Assembly (NCBI GenBank): GCA_024639975.1
Contig: JAHEFX010000001.1
Span: 1,460 to 65,459, forward strand
Direction of reading: 5' to 3'
DNA from: a bacterium
GTDB taxonomy: Bacteria > Actinomycetota > Acidimicrobiia > Spongiisociales > JAENVV01
Length of the DNA stretch: 64,000 nt
Part shown: positions 1 through 9,914 of the stretch, one piece after another
Layout of the letters: each line of letters begins with the position of its first letter
Position numbering within the stretch: position 1 is the first letter of the stretch
Program-made: the position numbers and the translations under genes
The notes under the pieces: generated by a model
What the model saw: only the letters and a program-made list of their open reading frames with translations
Told to the model about the DNA's origin: nothing
Database searches by the model: none

Positions 1-1666
1 CGGACTCGCCCGTGTAGAGGGCGAGGGTCCAGAGTGCTTCCACCGCCAGCGAAGAACCACCCGGGGATGGGTTGTCCATCTGGTCGGTCGGGCGGACGAT
101 GAGGTCCTCGACGTCGTGGGCGGTGGCATACAGCTCGTCTCCCGCCACGAACCATTCGACCACGAGACGGGTGAGGCGCTCGGCCTCCTCGTACCAGCGG
201 TGGTCCCCGATCGCCTGGTAGAGGGTGAAGCAGGCGTTGGCCATCGACGCATGGTCCTCGAGCACTCCCCGAGGTCCGCGCTTCCCCTTCGCCCAGGTGC
301 GGTGGAGTCGGCCGTCGGGCAGCGATGCCGAAGCCAGCACGAACTCGGCGGCGGCGGTGGCGGCTTCCAGGAACCGGGGTTCGTCGAGGATCGCCCCGGC
401 CTCGGCGAGGGCTCTGATCATCAGCCCGTTCCAGGCCACGACGACCTTGTCGTCCAGTCCGGGCCGGACACGCCGGGATCGGGCCTCGAACAGCGCATCC
501 AGGCAGCGGGCAGCACTGGCCCGGACATCGTCGGCACCCAACCCGAGTCGGCCGGCCACCTCGTCGACTCCCGCCACGACGCGTAGGTGGTTCCGTCCTT
601 CGAAGTTCCCCCGGGCCGTGATGCCCCAGAGCGCCTCGCCGACCGGTGAGTCCGACCCGCACACCGACCGGAACTCGTCGAGGGCCCACGTGTAGAAGAG
701 CCCCTCCTCGCCTTCTGAGTCGGCGTCCTCGGCAGATGCGAAGGCACCCCCGGGGAGCCGGAGGTCACGGAGCACGTACTCGAGTGTGGACACGGCCACG
801 TCCCGATGGTGGTCGGGGCCGTCGCCCTGCCAGGACCGGAGGTACAGCCGGGCGAGGAGGGCGTTGTCGTAGAGCATCTTCTCGAAATGTGGGATCTCCC
901 ATCGGCGGTCCACGGAGTAGCGGCAGAACCCGCCTCCCGCGTGGTCACGGAGGCCACCGGCGGCCATGGCGTCGAGCGTTCGGTGGACGAATGCCCTCGC
1001 CTCGTCGTTGCCCTCACCGCCGGCCCGGAGGAGGAAGTCGAGGACCGGAGCCTGCGGGAACTTGGGAGCACCCCCGAACCCGCCGAAGGTGTGGTCGGCG
1101 TCGGCGAGGAGGCGTCGTCGGGCGGCGGCCAATTGCTCCTTGCCGAGCGCGTGGGTTCCCTTCGGTAGTGACGCCCCGATCGCCTCCGTGAGGCGGACAG
1201 CCTGTTCGGTCGCTTCCGCTCGGCGGTCGCTCCAGATGGACGACACGGCCTGCACCACCTCGCGGAACGATCGCATCCCATGCCTCGGCTCGGACGGGAA
1301 GTACGTGCCGGCGAAGAAGGGCTCGGCATCGGGGGTGAGCCACACCGACATGGGCCAGCCCCCCCGACCGGTCAGGGCCTGGACGGCGTTCATGTAGATC
1401 GCGTCGACGTCGGGACGCTCTTCCCGGTCGACCTTCACGTTGACGAAGGCGGTGTTCATCAGCGAAGCCGTGGTCTCGTCCTCGAAGGACTCGTGGGCCA
1501 TCACGTGGCACCAATGACAGGACGAGTAGCCGACGGAAAGGAAGACGGGAACGTCGCGTTCCCGGGCCTCGTCGAAGGCCTCCTGGCTCCACTCGTGCCA
1601 GTGCACCGGGTTGTCGGCGTGCTGGAGGAGGTACGGGGATGTGGCCCCGGCGAGTCGGTTGGACAC
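1..1666 (-). CDS. Thioredoxin-domain protein of the YyaL/DUF255 family (Trx-like N-terminus + six-hairpin glycosidase-like domain); C-terminus runs off the window start
   Basis: Minus-strand frame gives (V)SNRLAGATSPYLLQHADNPVHWHEW...FLSVGYSSCHWCHVMAHESFED... with the CHWCHVM thioredoxin-like motif and the SPYLLQHA N-terminal motif typical of DUF255. GTG start at 1664-1666. Absent from the ORF track because it runs off the edge. Confidence 0.8.
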   Translation of the reverse strand, partial: MSNRLAGATSPYLLQHADNPVHWHEWSQEAFDEARERDVPVFLSVGYSSCHWCHVMAHESFEDETTASLMNTAFVNVKVDREERPDVDAIYMNAVQALTGRGGWPMSVWLTPDAEPFFAGTYFPSEPRHGMRSFREVVQAVSSIWSDRRAEATEQAVRLTEAIGASLPKGTHALGKEQLAAARRRLLADADHTFGGFGGAPKFPQAPVLDFLLRAGGEGNDEARAFVHRTLDAMAAGGLRDHAGGGFCRYSVDRRWEIPHFEKMLYDNALLARLYLRSWQGDGPDHHRDVAVSTLEYVLRDLRLPGGAFASAEDADSEGEEGLFYTWALDEFRSVCGSDSPVGEALWGITARGNFEGRNHLRVVAGVDEVAGRLGLGADDVRASAARCLDALFEARSRRVRPGLDDKVVVAWNGLMIRALAEAGAILDEPRFLEAATAAAEFVLASASLPDGRLHRTWAKGKRGPRGVLEDHASMANACFTLYQAIGDHRWYEEAERLTRLVVEWFVAGDELYATAHDVEDLIVRPTDQMDNPSPGGSSLAVEALWTLALYTGES

Positions 1667-1761
1667 GAGCAGACGGTAGGTGTGACTTCGGCGGGATGTT
1701 GAGGGTCCAACGCCCTACACCGGCGCTTAGGATCCCGGCCACCGACCATGGAGACGTACCG

Positions 1762-2367
1762 ATGACCTCGTTCGCCTCGCCACGTCCGGCGACCCTCGCC
1801 GACCTGCTGCCCCGATCACGGACCCTGGATGTGGTCCTGGTGGTCGGGTTCGCCTTGCTGACCGCGGGCGCCGCACAGGTGGTGATCCCGCTCGGGTTCA
1901 CGCCGGTCCCGATCACGGGCCAGACCTTCGCCGTGCTCCTCGCCGGTGGCGTGCTCGGTGCGAATCGTGGGGCGCTGTCCCAGCTCCTGTACTGGGGCCT
2001 CGGTGCGCTGGGACTGCCCTTCTACGCGGAAGCCTCGGGGGGCTGGGAAGCCGCAACCGGGGCGACGGCCGGCTACCTCGTGGGCTTCATCCTCGCCGCC
2101 TGGGTGGTGGGCCGTTTGGCCGAGCACGGGCAGGACCGCACCATCGCCACCGCCATCCCGGCCTTCCTCGCCGGAACCGCCGTCATCTACACCTTCGGCG
2201 CCGGCTGGCTCGCCATGGCCCTGGAGGTCCCGCTCACCGCTCCGGCCGGGGAGCCGAGCGCCATCGCCTTCGGCGTCGCCCCGTTCCTCGTCGGCGACCT
2301 GATCAAAGCGGTCCTCGCCGGCCTCGCGCTCCCACTCGGCTGGAAGCTGCTGCGCCACCGGAACTGA
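1762..2367 (+). CDS. bioY: Biotin transporter BioY (ECF transporter S component)
   Basis: Internal ATG at 1762 preceded by GGAGAC. The product is ~200 aa, multi-TM, with IPLGFTPVPITGQTFAVLLAGGVLG...ATGGYLVGFILAAW matching the BioY core. The ORF-track start at 1639 overlaps the divergent neighbour. Confidence 0.8.
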   Translation: MTSFASPRPATLADLLPRSRTLDVVLVVGFALLTAGAAQVVIPLGFTPVPITGQTFAVLLAGGVLGANRGALSQLLYWGLGALGLPFYAEASGGWEAATGATAGYLVGFILAAWVVGRLAEHGQDRTIATAIPAFLAGTAVIYTFGAGWLAMALEVPLTAPAGEPSAIAFGVAPFLVGDLIKAVLAGLALPLGWKLLRHRN

Positions 2368-2467
2368 GCGGGTTCGGGTCGACACCCCAAAGGAGAAGCT
2401 CGCCTCAGGGGGATGGGGGAACCGGGACGCCTGCGGGAGCGTCTCCTCGGGCCGCAGCGAACCGTCG

Positions 2468-2956
2468 TCAGCCGGGGAGGCGTTTGCCCAGTACTCGGGC
2501 GACGGTTGCCAGCGGGGGGACGAGCCATGCGGTCGGGCCAGCCAAGCGGAAGACGTCCGAGTACTCGCTGACGAGCAGCGTCTGACCGAGCGTGTCCCTG
2601 CCCAGCGCGTTGGCCGTGCAGAAGAACTCGGCGGTCCGCAGGGCGGGCCGGGTCTGCCAAAGGACGGTCGTCGTCTCGGTCTCTTGGGCGTTTCGTGCCT
2701 TGTGGCGCGTGCCGCGGGGGATCTCGATCTCGCTACCCACGCCAACCGGGACCTCCTTGCCGTCGAGAACGAAGAGCATCACCCCCTCCTCGACGATGAA
2801 CCGTTCGTCCTGGCCCGGGTGGAAGTGGGTTTGCGGGAAGGGTGAGTCCGGGCGGTAGACGACCCGCTGCTCGTGCAGTTCGCCGTCGGTCTCGACAGCC
2901 GTTCGGAGGAACTCCGTCACGCCGAACGGGCTCTCGAGGATGGTGCCGGGTCCCAT
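2468..2956 (-). CDS. Cupin-domain protein (small, RmlC-like cupin fold)
   Basis: 162-aa ORF with the beta-strand-rich cupin signature region HFHPGQDERFIVEEGVMLFVLDGKEVPVGVGSEIEIPRGTRH. Divergent from the downstream aminotransferase. Confidence 0.55.
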   Translation of the reverse strand: MGPGTILESPFGVTEFLRTAVETDGELHEQRVVYRPDSPFPQTHFHPGQDERFIVEEGVMLFVLDGKEVPVGVGSEIEIPRGTRHKARNAQETETTTVLWQTRPALRTAEFFCTANALGRDTLGQTLLVSEYSDVFRLAGPTAWLVPPLATVARVLGKRLPG

Positions 2957-3012
2957 GCCGGGACGCTACCCATGCCGGATGCATCGAAGCCTGTCTATGT
3001 ATTGTCGGGCCC

Positions 3013-4158
3013 ATGGATGTGACTCTCGGCCTCCCAGTCGGCGCACAGGCGCCCGACGCCGCTTCCCTCCGACGGTTCTTCGGGGAGCGGGAGGATCTCC
3101 TCCCGCTCTGGATCGCCGAGCCATACGTCCCCCTGGCGCCGCCGGTCGTCGAAGCCATCGAGGACCGAGCCGCCGCCGGCTGGTACGGCTACGAGGTGCG
3201 GCCAGGGATCGAGGCCGCTTTCCGTTCATGGATGACATCCCGACACGGGTGGCGGCTCGACGACCTGGCCATCGCCGTCTCCCCAAGCCTCGGGACGTCG
3301 ATCGGCTCACTGATCGAGATGCACTCCGAGCCGGGTGACGGCGTCATCCTCCAGTCACCGGTCTTCACCGATTTCAAGCCGCTCGTCACGTCGGCAGGTC
3401 GAACCGTGGCCAAGGCACCCCTCTCGCTGGTCGACGACCGCTACGAGATGGACTTCGGCGCCCTGGCCGAAGCAGCGGAGGGTGCCTCGATGCTGATCCT
3501 CTGCAATCCCCACAATCCGGTCGGCAGGGCCTGGTCCGGCGCCGATCTCGCCCGGGTTGCCGACATCTGCTCCGAGCACGGCGTCTTCGTGGTCGCCGAC
3601 GAGATCCACGCCGACCTGGTCCTGGCGGGCAACACCTTCACCCCCTTCGCCTCGGTGGCTGGTGGGACCGAGGTCCGATGGGCTGCCCTCCACGGGCCGA
3701 TCAAGACCTTCGGGCTCGCGGGGCTGGCCGACACGTTGATCGTGTCCGACGATGATGAGACCATCGGTCGGTTCGGCGATCTCTCGGGCCGCCTCCACCT
3801 CACGCGCAACAACGTCGTCGGGATGGCAGCGACCCTCGCTGCCTACGAAAGGGGTGGCGAGTGGCTCGACGGGTTCCTTGGCGACCTGGAGACGAACTTC
3901 GACCGACTCGTCGCGGGCCTCCCCGAGCCGATCTCCCTCGTCGAGCCCGAGGCGACCTACCTCGCTTGGCTCGACTTCCGGGGTCTCGGCCTCGAGGTGC
4001 CGGAGCTCTCGGTGTGGTTGGCCGACGAGGCAGGACTGGCGCTGTCGCCCGGGCATTGGTTCGGTCGCGAGGGTGCCGGTTTCGCCCGCATGAGCATCGG
4101 CGCAGAGCCGCAGGTCATCGACGAGGCCATCGAGCGTTTGGCGAGGGCCGTGGGCTGA
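3013..4158 (+). CDS. PLP-dependent aminotransferase class I/II, MalY/PatB-type C-S lyase (cystathionine beta-lyase-like)
   Basis: ATG at 3013 in frame with the track ORF. The MalY/PatB-like layout includes CNPHNPVGRAWS and the PLP-lysine region IKTFGLAGL. The upstream track extension overlaps the divergent cupin gene. Confidence 0.75.
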   Translation: MDVTLGLPVGAQAPDAASLRRFFGEREDLLPLWIAEPYVPLAPPVVEAIEDRAAAGWYGYEVRPGIEAAFRSWMTSRHGWRLDDLAIAVSPSLGTSIGSLIEMHSEPGDGVILQSPVFTDFKPLVTSAGRTVAKAPLSLVDDRYEMDFGALAEAAEGASMLILCNPHNPVGRAWSGADLARVADICSEHGVFVVADEIHADLVLAGNTFTPFASVAGGTEVRWAALHGPIKTFGLAGLADTLIVSDDDETIGRFGDLSGRLHLTRNNVVGMAATLAAYERGGEWLDGFLGDLETNFDRLVAGLPEPISLVEPEATYLAWLDFRGLGLEVPELSVWLADEAGLALSPGHWFGREGAGFARMSIGAEPQVIDEAIERLARAVG

Positions 4159-4159
4159 C

Positions 4160-5782
4160 TCAGTTCGGCGACAGCTCGATCACCAACGATTCGAACGGGG
4201 CCAGTTCCTCGACCGGCCGGTAGCCCGGTCCGGCGTCGGCGGCCACCTCCCGCCCGAGGGCCGATGCCGCAGTCGCTGTCTGGTCGAGTGCCAGCGCGTA
4301 GTCGGAGACCGGCTCGTCGTCGAGGTTGATGACGACCAGTACCCGCTCGTCCCCGTGGGTCCGGACCATGGCGAATACACCGGCCGTTCCGGAGTCGACG
4401 ATGTCGGTGGTTCCCAGCCGAAGCGGATTCGAACCCGTCCGATACCCGATGAGATCGCGGTAGTGGGACAGCAGCGACTCGGGATCGTCCGACTGCGTTC
4501 CCACGTTCGCCTCTGCGTATCCGGGATAGGGCTGCCACCAGGGCCGCCCGGAGGTGAAGCCGACCTTGCCCACCTCGTCCGTCCACGGCATCGGGGTCCG
4601 GATGTTCTCGTCCGGCTTGTCCCCCCGCATGCCCACCTCCTCGCCGTAGTAGACGAACGGCACCCCCTCGGAGGTCATGAGCCACGTGGCGGCTGCCGCG
4701 GCGGCGGGCCACCGTCGGTCGAGGCGGGACATGACCCGGTCCTGGTCGTGGTTCGAGAGGAAGGTGGCCACCTGGCCGGGTGGGTAGGACCCCGACGCCG
4801 ACCCGGTTGCGACGCGCAGGAACTCCGCGTTCCCCCGTTCCAGCCCCGTGAGGACCGCGTCCGAGAGGTCGAACTCGAACCCGAGGTCAATGGAGTCCGG
4901 CACGTAGCCGGCGACGGTCTGCGTGTCGGACCACACTTCTCCGACGATCAGCACGTCCGGGTGGGTCGACCGGAGATCGTCGCGGAAGCGGGTGAGCCAT
5001 TGCTTGGTCTCCAGCGTGTCCTCTTGGACCGGCCCGTCCTCGATGAGGTGACGGGCGGCGTCCAGCCGGAACCCGTCGACACCGAGGTCGAGCCAGTGGC
5101 GGGCGACGAACAGGAGCTCGTTCGTGGGCCCGGGCTCGGTGAGTGCGAGGTCGGGCATCCCGGACCAGAAGAGGCCGTAGTACCAACGCTCGTCGAGCGG
5201 GTGCCAGACCCGCTGGCCCCATGGCCCGGGCCAGCGGGGGTCCGTGTCGCTGAATTCGTACCAGTCCGACTTCTCCGAAGCGGGCTCGGAAGCCTCCACG
5301 AACCAGGGATGCTCCACGGATGTGTGGTTGATGACCAGGTCGAGGATCACGTGGATCCCGCGCTCGTGAGCCGCCCGGACAAACGCCTCGAAGTCCCCTT
5401 GGGTCCCGTAGTCGGGGTCGACCGTGAGGTAGTCGGTGACGTCGTAGCCGTGGTAGGACGGCGACTCGAAGATCGGCATCAGCCAGATCCCCGTGATGCC
5501 GAGGTCCGTCGTCGTCTCCGGATCCCCGTCGTTCAGGTGGTCCAGTCGCTCGGTCAGCCCGACCAGGTCGCCGATCCCGTCGCCGTCCGAGTCGGCGAAG
5601 GAACGCACGAACACCTCGTAGAACACCCGGTCGTTCCACTCGGGGAGACCGGCGTCGATCGCTGCGATCCGATCGGGTTGCGGCACCGTGGTCGTGGTGG
5701 GTGGCGCAGGCGTCGGAGTCCCTGCCACGCAGGCACTCGCGACAAGTCCGACGGCGAGGGGGACGAGCATGCGGAGACGCAT
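4160..5782 (-). CDS. Secreted/lipoprotein alpha-amylase-family glycoside hydrolase (GH13, alpha-glucosidase/trehalose-synthase-like)
   Basis: Signal peptide plus lipobox MRLRMLVPLAVGLVASAC. GH13 conserved regions are present: VILDLVINHTS (region I), GFRLDAARHL (region II, catalytic Asp), VGEVW (region III Glu), FLSNHDQDR (region IV). Start taken at the internal Met because the longer track ORF overlaps the dgt-like gene. Confidence 0.8.
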   Translation of the reverse strand: MRLRMLVPLAVGLVASACVAGTPTPAPPTTTTVPQPDRIAAIDAGLPEWNDRVFYEVFVRSFADSDGDGIGDLVGLTERLDHLNDGDPETTTDLGITGIWLMPIFESPSYHGYDVTDYLTVDPDYGTQGDFEAFVRAAHERGIHVILDLVINHTSVEHPWFVEASEPASEKSDWYEFSDTDPRWPGPWGQRVWHPLDERWYYGLFWSGMPDLALTEPGPTNELLFVARHWLDLGVDGFRLDAARHLIEDGPVQEDTLETKQWLTRFRDDLRSTHPDVLIVGEVWSDTQTVAGYVPDSIDLGFEFDLSDAVLTGLERGNAEFLRVATGSASGSYPPGQVATFLSNHDQDRVMSRLDRRWPAAAAAATWLMTSEGVPFVYYGEEVGMRGDKPDENIRTPMPWTDEVGKVGFTSGRPWWQPYPGYAEANVGTQSDDPESLLSHYRDLIGYRTGSNPLRLGTTDIVDSGTAGVFAMVRTHGDERVLVVINLDDEPVSDYALALDQTATAASALGREVAADAGPGYRPVEELAPFESLVIELSPN

Positions 5783-5811
5783 CGGCGTTGCCCTGGCCCT
5801 GATCGCCCGGG

Positions 5812-6813
5812 TCAGTCGAAGAGCGTCGGGCGGAACAGGGCGTCGTGGGCGGCCAGCGCGAACCGGTCGGTCATCCCCGATACGTAGTCGATGGCCCTCG
5901 TGAGGTCGTCGGCGTCGTCCACCTTGTAGGAATCCGGCACTTCGTCCGGGCGGTGGTGGAACCAGTCGGTCAGGTCCCGGATCACCTTGATGGCCCGGTC
6001 CTTCTGGCGGTCGGCATCGGCCCGGAGGTAGACATTGGTGAACATGAAGTCCCGCAGTTCGTGCATGACCTCGAGCGTCGGGTCGTCCATCACCACCTCC
6101 CCGGCTTCCACGGAGGCGTCGACGACCGCTCCCACCATCGATCCGATCCATTCCCTCGACGTGTGCCCGAAGCGTGCGAGCGCCGTCGGTGGGATTTCGT
6201 CGAATCGCAGCACGTCTGCCCGCAGGGCGTCGGAGACGTCGTGGGTGAGGTAGGCGATGCGGTCGGCGAATCGGCAGAGGTAGCCCTCAGGGGTGTTGGG
6301 CGGGGGGTCGATCTTCCACGAGTGGGCCCGGACGCCGTCGAGGACCTCCCACGAGAGGTTCAGCGGCTCGAGCACCGACAGGACCCGGACGCCCTGGGCG
6401 GAGTGCAACCATTCTCCATCGACGTAGGGGGTCAGGGCATCCTCACCGGTATGGCCAAATGGCGAATGCCCGACGTCATGGGCCAGGCAGATCGCCTCGG
6501 TGAGGTCCTCGTTCAGCCCGAGCCCGGCTGCCATCGCCCGACCCACCTGCGTGACCTGCATGGTGTGGGTGAGCCGGGTCACGTAGTGGTCGCCCTCGGG
6601 GTTGAGGAAGACCTGGGTCTTGTGCTTGAGCCGGCGGAAGGCCTTCGAGTGCACGATGCGGTCCCGATCCCGCTGGAAGGCGGTCCGGAACTCGTCGTGG
6701 GGCTCGTCGGATGACCGGCCCCGGCTCTCGGCGGCAAGGGTGGCTGCCGGGGAGAGGGTGTCCTGCTCGCGTTGCTCGCGTTCCGGTCGCAGGACGACGT
6801 GCATTCCGCTCAC
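5812..6813 (-). CDS. dGTPase-like HD-domain phosphohydrolase (deoxyguanosinetriphosphate triphosphohydrolase-like)
   Basis: HD motif LAHDVGHSPFGH and the dGTP triphosphohydrolase-like N-terminal region FQRDRDRIVHSKAFRRLKHKTQVF. Confidence 0.8.
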   Translation of the reverse strand: MSGMHVVLRPEREQREQDTLSPAATLAAESRGRSSDEPHDEFRTAFQRDRDRIVHSKAFRRLKHKTQVFLNPEGDHYVTRLTHTMQVTQVGRAMAAGLGLNEDLTEAICLAHDVGHSPFGHTGEDALTPYVDGEWLHSAQGVRVLSVLEPLNLSWEVLDGVRAHSWKIDPPPNTPEGYLCRFADRIAYLTHDVSDALRADVLRFDEIPPTALARFGHTSREWIGSMVGAVVDASVEAGEVVMDDPTLEVMHELRDFMFTNVYLRADADRQKDRAIKVIRDLTDWFHHRPDEVPDSYKVDDADDLTRAIDYVSGMTDRFALAAHDALFRPTLFD

Positions 6814-9107
6814 AGCAGGCGTTCACGCAGGCGTGAGGAGAGGTAGTCCATGCTCGCCACGACGATGGCGATGAAGAGCATCTGTACGGCAGCCGAGCGG
6901 TATTGGAGCAGGTTGACGTTCTGCTGCAGGATGAACCCGATGCCACCACCGCCGACGAAGCCGAGGATCGTCGACATGCGGACGTTGATGTCCCAGCGGT
7001 ACATGGTGAACGAGATGTATGGCGGAACGATTTGGGGCACGACCGCATAGACGATCGTCTGTAGACGCGTGGCGCCGGTGGCACGGACGGCCTCGATGGG
7101 ACCGGCCGCCACCCCCTCCACCTGCTCGGAGTACAGCTTTGCCAACGCTGCGGCCGTGTGCAGGGTGAGGGCGAGAGACCCGGCGAATGGACCGATGCCC
7201 ACCCATACGACGAACACGATGGCCATCACCAACGGCTCGATGGCGCGGAGCGTGTTGAAGATCGTGCGTGCGATGTAGTAGATGGTCAGGCCGATCTTGA
7301 CGTCCCCGTCGCCGCGTACGGCGCGGATCCCGATCAGGAGACCGACGATGCCGCCGACGATCGCGGCGATGAGGCGGGCCTGCCACGGGTCGGCGAATCG
7401 GTACAGCCAATCGAGGACCGACTCGACGACGAGGGCGACCACGGCACCGGCGACGATGGCCAAGGCGAGGTCGAGCACGGTTCGGGCCGCACCGTGGACG
7501 TTCCGGCGCAACGTGTAGCCGAGCCGGGAGGCGAGGTTGGCGAAGAGGCCGGCTCCGGCGATGGCGGCGATCGCGGTACTGAGGCCGGTGAGGATCTCGG
7601 CCATCGTGGAGAAGAACTCGGCGATGAAGTCGAAAGCTCCGAGGTATGGAGCCGTCAGGACCCCGAGGCGATCGAGGAGATCGGCGGCCACGAGGAAGGC
7701 AGCCAGCCCGAGGAGCGCCGCCACCACGATCCCGAGCGCTTGGAGCAACCGTTGGCGCCTTGACGGTCCGTCGACCTCGACCGGGGGCACCGTCAGGCGG
7801 AGAACGCCCACGATTGCACCGAGGATCGCCACAAGTGCGATCGCGGCCGTCAGCGGCCCTTGGGTGACGAGTTCTGCGCCGCTCCCGATGAGGGAGGCGG
7901 TGGCGACACCTACGCCGGCTCCGATCGGGAGCGCGATGAGTGACAGACCGAGGTTGGTGAGGGTGGTCGAGATATCCCGCATGACGTTGCGGGCGGAGAT
8001 GAATGAAAGCGGCACGGCGAGCAGGAGGCCGGCCGTGGTGGCGATCAGGGCCAGGAAGACGGTCTCGATGATGGCGTCGAGGCTGGTCCACGTCGTGTCG
8101 GAGACGCGCGGCGAGAGCTCTATCTGGTCGGCGACGAACGTGGCGTCGAGGAACTCCCCGGCCTCTGCGTCGTAGAGGGCAGTCCGCCACCCCGTGAGGT
8201 CGAAGCCGGGCGGACCGGTGATGACTATGTCCGTCCCGTCTTCGGTCGGAGAGAACGAGGCGACCGCCAACTCATTGGGCCCACGCTCGATCTCCCCGAA
8301 CGGCGTGGCGGTGGCGCCGTTTGCGAGCCCATCGGTGGCGGTGAAGGCCTCGCCGAACGAGACGAACTCGTCCACGGACCGACCGGGGTCGACGAGGGCG
8401 ACGGCGGCAACGGCCGGTGAAGCGCCTTCGATCGAGGCGGTGATGGCCCCGTCGGGACCGATCTCGGTCTCGTCGAGCACGCCGTTCTCGTTGGTGTCGG
8501 TCCACACCTCCACGCGGTCGCCCCAGGTGCCCACACGCTCCGAGGTGACGACCTCGATCGTTTGGGCCATGTCGGAAGGCCGATCAGGCGCCTCGAACTC
8601 GACGGTGAAGTCCCCGGCATCGTCGGCTTGGACCCGGCCCAAGGGGAGGTAGATGTCGAGGTCGGTGTTCGGCACCCAGTTCACCGAGACGATCTCGCCA
8701 GGGTCGAGGCCCCCGCCGGACACGACCATCGGCTCGCCGGGTGCGGCGCAGGTCGGTGTGACGGAGAAGGCCCCGGACGAAGGGTCCGCCGTTGCCGGCC
8801 CGCACGGCACCGCCGCTTCGAGTTCTCGAACCAGCTCGGTGGTGTCGTAGGTGACGAGCTCCGGCCGGGCGAGGGCTCGCATGATGCGGGTGAGGGAGTC
8901 CTGGCGAGTGGGTGACGAGGCGGCCGTCAAGTCGACTTCCGTGTAGTCGAAGGCGAGGGCGTAGGTCACGACCGCGGCGATGATCGCCAGGATGATCAGC
9001 AGCCGTCGGCGGGGGCCACGGTTGCGGCCGTCTCCCGGGACGGGGTCGGTGGTCGGGTCGTCCGTGTTCGGGGCGGACTCCGTGCGGGGCGGGGCGACGT
9101 CAGCCAA
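6810..9107 (-). CDS. phnE: Phosphonate ABC transporter permease PhnE, unusually large (765 aa): N-terminal ~330-aa extracytoplasmic domain + duplicated PhnE permease domains
   Basis: C-terminal region matches the PhnE permease (…VRATGATRLQTIVYAVVPQIVPPYISFTMYRWDINVRMSTILGFVGGGGIGF…). A second TM block lies upstream. There is a 4-bp overlap with phnC upstream, giving operon order phnD-phnC-phnE. Confidence 0.75.
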   Translation of the reverse strand: MADVAPPRTESAPNTDDPTTDPVPGDGRNRGPRRRLLIILAIIAAVVTYALAFDYTEVDLTAASSPTRQDSLTRIMRALARPELVTYDTTELVRELEAAVPCGPATADPSSGAFSVTPTCAAPGEPMVVSGGGLDPGEIVSVNWVPNTDLDIYLPLGRVQADDAGDFTVEFEAPDRPSDMAQTIEVVTSERVGTWGDRVEVWTDTNENGVLDETEIGPDGAITASIEGASPAVAAVALVDPGRSVDEFVSFGEAFTATDGLANGATATPFGEIERGPNELAVASFSPTEDGTDIVITGPPGFDLTGWRTALYDAEAGEFLDATFVADQIELSPRVSDTTWTSLDAIIETVFLALIATTAGLLLAVPLSFISARNVMRDISTTLTNLGLSLIALPIGAGVGVATASLIGSGAELVTQGPLTAAIALVAILGAIVGVLRLTVPPVEVDGPSRRQRLLQALGIVVAALLGLAAFLVAADLLDRLGVLTAPYLGAFDFIAEFFSTMAEILTGLSTAIAAIAGAGLFANLASRLGYTLRRNVHGAARTVLDLALAIVAGAVVALVVESVLDWLYRFADPWQARLIAAIVGGIVGLLIGIRAVRGDGDVKIGLTIYYIARTIFNTLRAIEPLVMAIVFVVWVGIGPFAGSLALTLHTAAALAKLYSEQVEGVAAGPIEAVRATGATRLQTIVYAVVPQIVPPYISFTMYRWDINVRMSTILGFVGGGGIGFILQQNVNLLQYRSAAVQMLFIAIVVASMDYLSSRLRERLL

Positions 9108-9849
9108 CGCGCTCAGCCTCCTGACCGTAGATCGACTCGAAGCGTTGGTCGTCGATGTCCTGGGGGGTGCCGTCGTAGACGAGACGACCGTCGTTCAGGG
9201 CTATCGCCCGGTCGGCGTAGCGGTGGACCAGGTCGAGGAAGTGCAAGGAACAGAGCACCGTCACCCCGTCGGACTGGATGCGCTCGAGATGCTGCATGAT
9301 GGAGTGGGCGAGAACGGGGTCGAGGCTGGCGACCGGCTCGTCGGCGAGGAGCATCTCGGGGTTCTGCATGAGCGCCCGAGCGATGCCGACTCGTTGCTGC
9401 TGCCCACCCGACAGTTCGTCGGCGCGGGCGTAGGCCTTCTCTCGGAGACCGACCCGGTCGAGCCGGTCGAGGGCAGCGATCATGTCCCTCTCGCTGAACC
9501 GGTTCACGACGGAGAGTGCCGGGTTGGTGTAGCCCAGTCGTCCTGCGAGCACGTTGGTGATCACCTTGGAGCGATGGACGAGGTTGAAGTGCTGGAAGAC
9601 CATGCCGATCCGCCGTCGGATTCGGCGCAGGTCCTCCTGGCCGGCGTCGGTGATGTCCTCCCCATCCCAGAGGATCCGGCCTTCGGTCGGCTCGATCAGG
9701 CGGTTGATGCACCGCAAGAGGGTCGACTTGCCCGAGCCCGACAGTCCGATGACGGCCAGGAACTCGCCATCGGGGACGGTGAACGACACGTCTTCGAGCG
9801 CGACGGTCCCGTTGTCGTAGACCTTGGTGAGGTTGCGGACTTCAAGCAT
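9100..9849 (-). CDS. phnC: Phosphonate ABC transporter ATP-binding protein PhnC
   Basis: Walker A GLSGSGKST, ABC signature LSGGQQQRVGIARAL, Walker B LLADEP. LEVRNLTKVY N-terminus typical of PhnC. Confidence 0.9.
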   Translation of the reverse strand: MLEVRNLTKVYDNGTVALEDVSFTVPDGEFLAVIGLSGSGKSTLLRCINRLIEPTEGRILWDGEDITDAGQEDLRRIRRRIGMVFQHFNLVHRSKVITNVLAGRLGYTNPALSVVNRFSERDMIAALDRLDRVGLREKAYARADELSGGQQQRVGIARALMQNPEMLLADEPVASLDPVLAHSIMQHLERIQSDGVTVLCSLHFLDLVHRYADRAIALNDGRLVYDGTPQDIDDQRFESIYGQEAERVG

Positions 9850-9914
9850 GGATGTCCCATTGTCGGGTGGGCGGGGCGAGGGCCCCGCCCACCCGAAATG
9901 GTCGTCAGTGGTGG

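Noticed and set aside
2842-3012. Upstream extension of the PatB-like aminotransferase, and similar 5' extensions at 1639, 29990, 31262, 32851, 45177, 46478, 52654
   Set aside because: The extensions overlap neighbouring genes and encode low-complexity sequence. Conserved N-terminal motifs begin at internal ATG codons, which were used instead.
4355-5887. 510-aa plus-strand ORF, one of many long ORFs in the track (e.g. 9852-11012, 12651-14120, 19419-20846, 20486-22300, 27029-28693, 33304-35082, 36093-37133, 41089-42243, 45213-46709, 46022-47650, 61766-63766)
   Set aside because: These are antisense or out-of-frame shadows of real genes in ~70% GC DNA. Their translations are R/G/P/A/D-rich low-complexity with no motifs, and each is fully covered by a well-supported gene on the other strand or frame.
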